64,000 nucleotides of DNA from an uncultured candidate division Zixibacteria bacterium (GTDB lineage: Bacteria; Zixibacteria; MSB-5A5; GN15; FEB-12). The stretch covers positions 160,001 to 224,000 of the forward strand of contig CAWDXE010000007.1 of assembly GCA_963806185.1 (NCBI GenBank), in the 5' to 3' direction. The notes under the pieces are model-generated. The model had not been told where the DNA came from. It ran no database searches and was given only the letters and a program-made list of their open reading frames with translations. The position numbers and the translations under genes are program-made. Positions 40,352 to 48,900 of this stretch are shown piece after piece. The stretch's first letter is position 1, and each line of letters opens with the position of its first letter.

Positions 40352-43300
40352 ATGCCTCACCATAGCACACTCTTCGCGGCCGTCACAGCAGCGATTATAT
40401 CGCTGTCGCCGCTCAATGCGGCAGCCGTGAAGACTGGGGGCACTCCTGCCGCCTCGGAGCATCGATTCGGCGCTACTCTTACGCAAACGCCTTTGACGTT
40501 CGTGCCCAACCGCGGACAGTGGCCCAAGAACGTATATTTTCGAACTGAATCGCATGGTGCGACCGCTTGGATCGGGGCGGGCTCGGTCTGGTATTCATTT
40601 GTTCGAGAGACTTCGGTCGGCCCATCGCAGTTTGAGTCCGACGTGCGATCGTTGGTTCGCGCCGGGCATGATTGCGGACAGCCGGAACGTCTGAACGTAA
40701 CGGTATCATTTGAAGGGGCCCTCACTCCGGCGGCGGTTGGCGAGGCAGAGCTGTCAGGGGTGACCAATTACTTCATTGGTCGGGATCCGGCCAAGTGGCA
40801 GACGAATGTGCCGACCTATGCTTCCGTCCGCCTGGACGGAATCTACCCGGGAATTGACGTCCGGTATTATACTATCAACGAGCAGCTTGAATACGACTTC
40901 ATTGTCGCTCCCCAAGCTGATTACCACCAGATTCGATTAAATTACAGCGGGGTACGCCGGATGGAAGTATCGTCTTCCGGGGACCTCAATATCGAAACCG
41001 AATGGAATACGGTGACGGAGCACCGGCCGATAATTTTCCAGGAGGCTAATGGTGAGCGCATACCTGTTGAAGGTGAGTACGCTCTCACGGGTGATCGGTC
41101 GGTCAGTTTCAACCTGAAGAATTATGATAAATCTCTCCCGTTGATCATCGATCCGGCGATAAGCTACAGCACGTTTCTGGGCGGAGTGGCAAATGACAAC
41201 GGCGGGGCGATTGCCGTTGACAGTGCCGGGAATATGTACGTGGTCGGATCGACGCGCAGCTGGGATTTTCCTGCCGATCAGGGGTATGACAGCGTATTTA
41301 ACGCTACCGATTCGGTTGACGTATTTGTGTCGAAGTTTTCACCCGATGGACAAACCCTGCTTTTCAGCACGTTCGTCGGTGGCACCGGCAACGATTACGG
41401 CTACGGCCTTAAACTGGGCGCGGGGAATGAGGTTGCCATCGTCGGCTATACGCGCTCGAGCAACTTCCCCACGACCGTTGCGGGAGACACCAGTTTCGGT
41501 GGCGGGATGTTCGACGCGTTTGCGGCGCGTTTATCGGCCTCGGGTGATTCCCTCATCTGGTCGTCGTATATCGGCGGCTCCAGCAACGACTATGCCTTTG
41601 GTGTTGCGGTGGACGCGTCGGGCAATGTCTGTGTCGTTGGTGCGACGTCGTCGTCGGATTTCCCCACGAAGTTTGCCTATGACACCTCAGCGAACGGGCT
41701 CAACGATATTTTCGCAGCCAAACTCGCCGCGGCGGATGGAGCGCTGGACTACGCCACATATATGGGTGGGCTGCAGAATGACTTCGGCCTGGGCATAACT
41801 GTTGATGCTTCCGGTCGCGCGTATATCACCGGGTATACGGAATCGCTGATTTTTCCGTGCATCAATGCACTCGACTCGACACTCAACGGCACCCTGGCCG
41901 ACATCGTTGTCGCCAAATTCGGCCAGCGGTCGGACACGTTGTTGTTCTCGACCTTGATAGGGAGTGCCGGTGCGGATCTCGCCCGTGCCATTGAATGGGT
42001 GAGTCCGAATACGCTCTGGGTGGCCGGCCAGACCGGATCATCGAACTTCCCGGTACCGTCACCGTATGACGGCACATTCAACGGCGGCACGTATGACGCG
42101 ATCCTGATGAAGTTGACTGCCGACGGATCATCGTACACGACCGGCACATATCTAGGTGGCATGGGGGACGAAAATGCGATTGACCTGGCGGTAGACCCGG
42201 CCGGTGAAGTGTTCCTGACCGGCACTACAACGTCCAACGACTTTCCTTTGGTCAATGCATTTCAGCTTTCTTATCAGACGGCCGGCGATGCGTTTCTGGC
42301 AAAATTCAATTCCGGCGCCACAAGTCTCCTGTTCTCCTCGTATTTGGGCGGTCAGTCTGTTGACAATTCATATAGTGTGGATGTGAACGCCAATGGTTCA
42401 GCCTACCTGACCGGCGAGACTTCGTCGGCGAACTTCCCGAAGGTCAATCCGTGGGATGCTTTCTTTGGCGGTCAGTTCGACGCCTTCATTACGATAGTAA
42501 GTTTCGACTCCGACGGAGATGGTGTGGAAGACGCGCATGACAATTGTGTATTTACCTCTAATCCCGGCCAGGAGGATGCGGACGGTGACCTTGTTGGCGA
42601 CGTCTGCGACAATTGCCAGAATACGATCAACGCCAACCAGGCCAATGCCGACGGTGACGCGTTTGGCGATCTTTGCGATGTGTGCCCAAACGACGCTAAT
42701 AATGATATTGATGGCGACGGGGTTTGCGGCAACGTCGATAATTGTCCGTCGCTGTCCAATCCGCTACAGGAAGATTCCAATAACAACGGAATCGGCGACA
42801 AATGTGAGACCGGGTATACCGTTCCGGGTACCAACGTGGCGATTACTTACGGCGGCATAACGGTCACCTTCCCAACTGTGACAACCGCAGGCGTGACAGA
42901 GATTATCATCGGTGTGACCGGTCTTCCGCAGCCGGACGGCTACGTGATTCAGCCTGCAGCCGGCCCCCTCGGCTATGAAGTGAAGACGACCGCAGGCTTC
43001 ACCGGCACTCCCGTTGTCTGTCTGAATTACAATCCCGGTCAAATATCCGGCTCCGAAAGCACACTCAAATGGCTGAGATACCAGAGCGGCAACACCTGGA
43101 CCAACGTCACCGGTGCAGGCTATCCAAACGTCAGCACCAACTACATCTGCGGAACGACGACCCTTGGGACCTTTGCGCTGGCCCAGGCGGGATCCTGCTG
43201 CGTGTCACCGGTCGGGAATATCGACTGTGATCCCGCGAACTCGATCGATATCTCGGATCTTACGGCACTCATCGATAATCTTTTTGTCAGTTTCACCCCT

Positions 43301-43417
43301 TTGTGCTGCACCAAGGAAGCAAATGTTGACGGTGCAGGCGGGATTGATATCGCCGATCTGACTTTCTTCATCGATCACTTGTTCATCACCTTCGTGGCTC
43401 TGGGCAACTGTCAGTAG
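40352..43417 (+). CDS. secreted SBBP beta-propeller protein with thrombospondin type-3 repeats and C-terminal dockerin-like domain
   Basis: FVPNRGQW N-domain; repeated YSTFLGG..D.G..IAVD..GN.YV.G.T.S.DFP; DxDGDGVxDxxDNC repeats; GNIDCD..IDISDLT.LID.LF / ANVDG..IDIADLT.FID.LF. Confidence 0.9.
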   Translation: MPHHSTLFAAVTAAIISLSPLNAAAVKTGGTPAASEHRFGATLTQTPLTFVPNRGQWPKNVYFRTESHGATAWIGAGSVWYSFVRETSVGPSQFESDVRSLVRAGHDCGQPERLNVTVSFEGALTPAAVGEAELSGVTNYFIGRDPAKWQTNVPTYASVRLDGIYPGIDVRYYTINEQLEYDFIVAPQADYHQIRLNYSGVRRMEVSSSGDLNIETEWNTVTEHRPIIFQEANGERIPVEGEYALTGDRSVSFNLKNYDKSLPLIIDPAISYSTFLGGVANDNGGAIAVDSAGNMYVVGSTRSWDFPADQGYDSVFNATDSVDVFVSKFSPDGQTLLFSTFVGGTGNDYGYGLKLGAGNEVAIVGYTRSSNFPTTVAGDTSFGGGMFDAFAARLSASGDSLIWSSYIGGSSNDYAFGVAVDASGNVCVVGATSSSDFPTKFAYDTSANGLNDIFAAKLAAADGALDYATYMGGLQNDFGLGITVDASGRAYITGYTESLIFPCINALDSTLNGTLADIVVAKFGQRSDTLLFSTLIGSAGADLARAIEWVSPNTLWVAGQTGSSNFPVPSPYDGTFNGGTYDAILMKLTADGSSYTTGTYLGGMGDENAIDLAVDPAGEVFLTGTTTSNDFPLVNAFQLSYQTAGDAFLAKFNSGATSLLFSSYLGGQSVDNSYSVDVNANGSAYLTGETSSANFPKVNPWDAFFGGQFDAFITIVSFDSDGDGVEDAHDNCVFTSNPGQEDADGDLVGDVCDNCQNTINANQANADGDAFGDLCDVCPNDANNDIDGDGVCGNVDNCPSLSNPLQEDSNNNGIGDKCETGYTVPGTNVAITYGGITVTFPTVTTAGVTEIIIGVTGLPQPDGYVIQPAAGPLGYEVKTTAGFTGTPVVCLNYNPGQISGSESTLKWLRYQSGNTWTNVTGAGYPNVSTNYICGTTTLGTFALAQAGSCCVSPVGNIDCDPANSIDISDLTALIDNLFVSFTPLCCTKEANVDGAGGIDIADLTFFIDHLFITFVALGNCQ

Positions 43418-43493
43418 ACTGGTTGCCCGACACGACCTGGTCGCACGACACTCTTCGATCGTTTCTACTTCGCGTTGAGGCGTTTCCGGGGAC

Positions 43494-43518
43494 AAAAAAA
43501 CCCGCGATTGCGGGTCTT
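43494..43518 (-). terminator. intrinsic terminator downstream of the tRNA
   Basis: AAAAAAACCCGC-GATT-GCGGGT. Confidence 0.7.
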
Positions 43519-43530
43519 CAACTTCAAAAA

Positions 43531-43604
43531 TACGCCCGAGAGGATTTGAACCCCTAACCTTCTGGTCCGTAGCCAGACGCTCTATCCAGTTGAGCTACGG
43601 GCGC
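43531..43604 (-). tRNA. tRNA-Arg (ACG), CCA not encoded
   Basis: Reverse complement GCGCCCGTAGCTCAACTGGATAGAGCG-TCTGG-CTACGGA-CCAGA-AGGTTAGGGGTTCAAATCCTCTCGGGCGTA folds as a cloverleaf. Confidence 0.97.
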
Positions 43605-43669
43605 ATCATGCATTTGGGATGCCTATGGTACGGTGGAACAGGTCGGATTGTCAACTGGTTTCCCGAGCC

Positions 43670-44674
43670 TTACTTCCCGCCGGATAAAACCATGATGGTC
43701 ACGGCAATAGCGATGAACACAACGGCGATGACGATCAAGACGGTCTTACTGGTGCCGGGGGTCCGACTGGTCACGTCGTTTTTTTTTTCGGCCGGTTCCG
43801 CCTCTACCAAGAGCTGTTCCAGCCACCGATTCTCGGCCTCGAGTGCGGCCTCGGATTCGTGGGTAACGGTGAGCACGTCCATCTGAGGCAGGGGGGACTC
43901 GGAGGTTTCGATAACCTCGATCACCACTACGGTCACGTTGTCAGAGCCGCCCCGATCATTGGCCATCTGGACCAAAGCTCCCGCCAGTTTGTCGATGTCT
44001 TTGCGGTAACGATCGGCGACGGCAAAGATTTCGTCATCGTCGGCGTACCCGCACAGGCCGTCCGAACAGAGTATATAAATTTCGCCGGGAGCCGTTTTGA
44101 CTATTCGGTAGTCAACCTCGACGGTTTGTCGGACCCCGAGGGCTCGCGTTATGACGTTCTTGCCGATAATAGACTGCGCCTCATCAGCGCTCAGTTGCTG
44201 CTCGCGCTGCATTTCGGCCACCCACGAATGGTCGCCGGTCAGTGGCTTGAGAGCGCGCTCGTCCAGCCGATACGCCCGGCTGTCGCCGACATGGGCGATT
44301 GACATGATATCCGACTCAAAAGCGACCGCCACGATGGTCGTCCCCATACCCGATTTCTCAGGATCTTCGGCGGAACGGACGTTAATGGCCCGATTTGCCA
44401 GTCGAACCGCCTTGACGAGGAGATCGCCCGAGCCCGGGAGGGTGCGTTCGAGCGACAGGCGCGGATCACCCATGAGCTCTCCGGAGTAGCGATGAAAAAC
44501 GTCGTGGAGAATTTGCGAGGCCGTCATGGAGGCGACTTCGCCCGCCTGGTGTCCACCCATGCCGTCGCAGACAGCGTAGACCCGGTTATCATCATCCAGA
44601 TGGAGGTAGTCCTCATTCCCTGAGCGAACTAATCCCTTGTCTGTTATTCCAGCTACGCGGAGTCTGACGGGCAC
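43670..44674 (-). CDS. PP2C-type (Stp1/IreP) Ser/Thr phosphatase with C-terminal TM helix
   Basis: TDKGLVRSGNED, VCDGMGGH, GMGTT, HVGDSRAY, LCSDGL, GGSDNVT. Confidence 0.93.
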   Translation of the reverse strand: MPVRLRVAGITDKGLVRSGNEDYLHLDDDNRVYAVCDGMGGHQAGEVASMTASQILHDVFHRYSGELMGDPRLSLERTLPGSGDLLVKAVRLANRAINVRSAEDPEKSGMGTTIVAVAFESDIMSIAHVGDSRAYRLDERALKPLTGDHSWVAEMQREQQLSADEAQSIIGKNVITRALGVRQTVEVDYRIVKTAPGEIYILCSDGLCGYADDDEIFAVADRYRKDIDKLAGALVQMANDRGGSDNVTVVVIEVIETSESPLPQMDVLTVTHESEAALEAENRWLEQLLVEAEPAEKKNDVTSRTPGTSKTVLIVIAVVFIAIAVTIMVLSGGK

Positions 44675-44844
44675 TAAGCTTTCCCTCTCTGATGTGTGCT
44701 TCGAGATTCTGAACGGTCAAAATATCCGATCTTCAACGCGTGGGCAAGTAGATATTCGCGATTACCTGGCTGGAGCAATCCATAAAAAGGCCCCGCAGAG
44801 GACCGCAGGGCCGCAAGCATAGAGAAGTGGTGTAGTGAAGAATC

Positions 44845-45891
44845 CTATTTCATCAACATCATCTTTCGCGTTTCGGTATTATGCTCCGTAGTCACGCGAT
44901 ACAGGTAGACGCCGGAGGCAAGTTGGCTCGCGTCGAACTCAAGACTGTGGTCACCCGCGGTCAATTCCCCCAGGTTCCGCGACTCCACTGTTCGGCCAAG
45001 AATATCGAAGACATCCAGAGTAGCCGTCGAGCGGGTCGGGAGCGTGAAGGAAATTGTGGTGGAAGGGTTAAACGGATTCGGGTAGTTCTGATGGACCGCG
45101 AAACCGCCCGGCAGGTTGTCAGTCGGATCCTCCACGTCGGTAATCGACATTGAAATAGTAAACGAGCCGGTCACCGCTTTGGACGGATCGAGTTCTGAGA
45201 AGACTTCCAGGTTAACCTTGTTCTCCGTAACGGCGGAGAAAGTGGCCACCCGAATCTGGAAGTATACGTAAGCAGTCTCGCTGACATTGGCATAGGTCAC
45301 CGCCGTGGGGGCAAAGGATCGCCAGCCCAGCGGGTCGGATTCGGCGGCATCCATCGTAATGTGCATACCATAGAGATCCAGACCGTCGCCATCATTGCGA
45401 ACGCCCACGCGGAGAGTATACGTGTGTCCCGGGCCACCAAGCATATCGTCGGGGAATTCGATCCCCGTGATCGCGATATTGCCGGTCGCGGCCAAGGAAG
45501 CAGTGCGCAAGGTCTGATCGGTCCAGCTCGCGCTGCCGGCAGTCACCGCAGCCGGTCGGCCGTTGATCTTGAAGGAAATGGTCTGAGAATTCGTAGCCCC
45601 TTCATCGGCGGCAGAATTGGGGTCATCACCGTACACCGGCATAAACCCATAGGTGCCGGCTGTATGTACAGTGAAGGCGCCGCACTGCACTCCGTCGGGA
45701 TCAAAGGCGGAAACCACCGATCCGACGGGGAGGGCCCGACCGTTAAACGTAGAAGTCATGAGCGAGTCGTAGAACGACGTGAAATAAGGTGTCGGTGTGA
45801 TACCACCGGCCATTGCCGATCCGAACATCACCGTCACCGCGCTCAGGACACCGAAAAGAATACGAAATTGTTTGCTCACCGTTATCACCAC
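44845..45891 (-). CDS. secreted protein with C-terminal T9SS-type-A-like sorting domain
   Basis: Signal peptide; HQNYPNPFNP...ASGVYLYRV...RKMMLMK. Confidence 0.85.
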   Translation of the reverse strand: MVITVSKQFRILFGVLSAVTVMFGSAMAGGITPTPYFTSFYDSLMTSTFNGRALPVGSVVSAFDPDGVQCGAFTVHTAGTYGFMPVYGDDPNSAADEGATNSQTISFKINGRPAAVTAGSASWTDQTLRTASLAATGNIAITGIEFPDDMLGGPGHTYTLRVGVRNDGDGLDLYGMHITMDAAESDPLGWRSFAPTAVTYANVSETAYVYFQIRVATFSAVTENKVNLEVFSELDPSKAVTGSFTISMSITDVEDPTDNLPGGFAVHQNYPNPFNPSTTISFTLPTRSTATLDVFDILGRTVESRNLGELTAGDHSLEFDASQLASGVYLYRVTTEHNTETRKMMLMK

Positions 45892-45898
45892 TTTTCTA

Positions 45899-45924
45899 TC
45901 CGGCCCGCCTTTCGACGGGCCGGA
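45899..45924. other. intergenic stem-loop between the two secreted-protein genes
   Basis: TCCGGCCCG-CCTTTCGA-CGGGCCGGA. Confidence 0.6.
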
Positions 45925-45952
45925 GTTATGTGCAAACCACTCTTCTCGTTTG

Positions 45953-48900
45953 CTACTTCAGCAGCATCATCTTCTTGGTTTCCGATGCCGCGCCGGCGGA
46001 CAACCGGTACAAGTAGATACCGGAAGCAACCGACTGTCCATTGAGATCTTTACCGTCCCAGACCACGGTCGTGGAACCGGCAGTCGCCATACCGTCGAAC
46101 GGTACTGCAACCAGCGCGCCAAGGACGTTGTAAATCTCAACCTTCGCATTGCCGGCCACCGGCAAGGAGAAGCTGATTGTCGTCGACGGGTTGAACGGGT
46201 TCGGGTAGTTCTGGCCCAGAGCGAAGGAGGCCGGAAGTGTGCCGGCACCGGCGGCCGTCGTCAGAGCGCCGACTTCCATTCGGTCGCCATTGGCCGTCCA
46301 GGTAAACTGCTCCTGAGTCTCTACGCCGTCGACAGACAGGTAGAAGGCATCACCCGGCTTCAGAGCTGACGAAGCATCGGCGTATACCGGCATGAAGCCG
46401 AACTTGCCGCTCGTGGTCATCGTGAAGATGCCGACTTTGGTGCCATCAGCCGCCGAATGGGCGGTAATGACTGCGCCGGCCGAGACTACATTGCCGTCAA
46501 CCTTCAGATTAGTTGCATACAGGTTCACCCAGGCTGTCGTTGTGGCGACATCGCCGGCGGCCGCCGCAATGTTCGAATTCTGCACAACGTAGCGCGGGGT
46601 TGCGACGGTTTCGTCACCCGGATAGACCAGCGTGCCGTTCGCGTCAATCTTGACCCAATAGCCGTTGCACGGGCTGAGCGTCAAAGAAGAGTCGGCGAAG
46701 TTCGGCGAATAGAACTTGATGCCTTCGTCCCAGCCGTAGGCATAAAGCAGCTGATCAAAGATGCTCGCGAAACCGTCGGCCGGCTTCATTGAAGTCTCCG
46801 GCAGGTAGCTCACCAGGTTCCAGCCCTTCGTGACCGGAATCGGAGTTGAAACGGGTACCGCGGTACCGGTGAGTTCGAGGGTGACGGAACAACCGGGCTT
46901 CACTTTGATCCAATAGCCGTGGAGGTGATCAACCGACCAGAGGTCGGAGAATTCTTCAAGCTCCGGATCATAGGTCATGCCACCCTGGTCGAAGCCAAGT
47001 ACGACGTCGACACAGTTCAAATAAGGGCCAAGCACGGTCTTGATGTCGTCGGAAGCAGTGTTGACGTTCCAGCTCACCAGATTCCAGCCCTCTTGCAGGG
47101 TGCAGGTCTTGGTGACTTCTTCGCCGGCTTCAACACAGACTTCTATCCGCGGGTACATGTGATCCCCGGGGAAGGTGACGCTGGGAGTAGCTGGGATGCC
47201 ATTGACGTAGAACGTGATGGCCTGATCGGTGCGCGCGCCGTTAGTGGCGGTCTCATCATCGGCAGCATAGACATGAAGCGGGCCATAATGGCCGACGCTA
47301 TCAACGACACACTGACCGACGAGAAGCATCTCAGGCGTGTACGCCTCAACCACTGAACCAACGGGGATCGGGGCGCCAAAAAGCGTGCTCATGTTGTCAC
47401 CCGTGCCGCAGATGTAGTCGACCCAGAACAGGGACTTTTCAAAGGTGATATCCTTAAGGGGCTTCAGGACGATCTTCTCGCCCTTTTCGCGGAAGTTCAG
47501 ATTCTCGACCCGGCCGGGATAGTATCCCTTTTTGTACGCATATACGTCGAACGGAACTGCTGAGAAGTCGGAGAACGCAAACGAGCCGATGGCAGTTGAA
47601 ACTGTGGAATCGATGGGTGAACCGTTTGGCCAATCGGCGTAAAGAAGAACGGTCGCGCCGGGGATATCATTACCCAAGGTATCGACAACCGTTCCGCAAG
47701 TGAAGTTCTGTAGTCCGAACCCGACGTTTATTGAACCAGGATAGGATATGGGCTGATCATAGACCAAGCCTGTTCCGCAATTACGGCCGAAGACGACCGA
47801 ATCCATTACCGCGAAATCCTTTTCGCCTGCGGAAGCGTCCGGTCGAACCGTAAAGTGCATGTCGGCCAGATTGCCGAAACCGGTCGGCACCAGGTAGGCA
47901 TCATCGGCTATCGCTTTAATCGTCACTGTACCCAGGACGTTGTCGATCGTTACGAATTGCAGTTCGAAGAAGGTGATGCGGGAATTGGCGAACGACACGG
48001 AGTCCAGATAGAACTCAGCCGGGTTGAAGTGCAGGCCGAATTCCGCGGATTTGAAGTCACAGCCATTCTTGAAATTGATCGGAACGACCACCCGTGCACC
48101 GGGGACAGCAGGCGTGTTCACCACGACAAGTGTGTCGGCGGAGGCCGGCTTCACGACCAACAGGTTGACGCAATACGACACCTGGCTGTTGCATATCTGT
48201 GCGACCTTGGCAGTCGGCTCATCCGTCGCAAACGTTACGCAATACTGGTAGGTGCCGGCGGTGGCCGGTGTAACGGTAAACGTGAGTCCGACCACGCTGG
48301 GCGTCGTGCCGTTATCGCTGCTTAGCACAAAGGTCCCGTCATGAATAGCGTGCCAGCTCAGTTCATCCGGACTGGTGCTCGTCAATAACAACGAATCGGC
48401 CTTCGTATACGTATCGCCGAGGAAGATCGTGTCATAGATTGCGGTCTTATTGAGCGCCAGAATCGGACACTCACTGATGATCAAGTTGACTTTCACCCAC
48501 TGCGGCGAATTGACCACGGCAGCGGAGGTCACCTGAACGGAATCAGTGTACGTACCGGCGGCCAGTCCGGTGATATCCGGAGTAACGACAACGGAATCGG
48601 GCGTGTTGCCTGACGTCTTATTCAAGGCGAACCAGCCGGCGCCCTCAGTGACGGCGAACGCAACCACTGCGTCATCCTGCTCGGAAACGAGGAAGGGCTT
48701 TGCCTCCGGATTCGGGCCACCCAGGAGCGCCGTGAAATCAAGCGACGTCGGGCTTACCACGAGATGTTTCGGCGGTTCGTTGACAGTGACGTGAATGCAC
48801 ACCTGCACCGATGACGGATCGCAGTCAGCGGGAACAAGCTCGCCGGTAGTGCCGATCGTGAAACACTCGGTGTAGGTGCCGGCGGTGGCGTATGCTTTCT

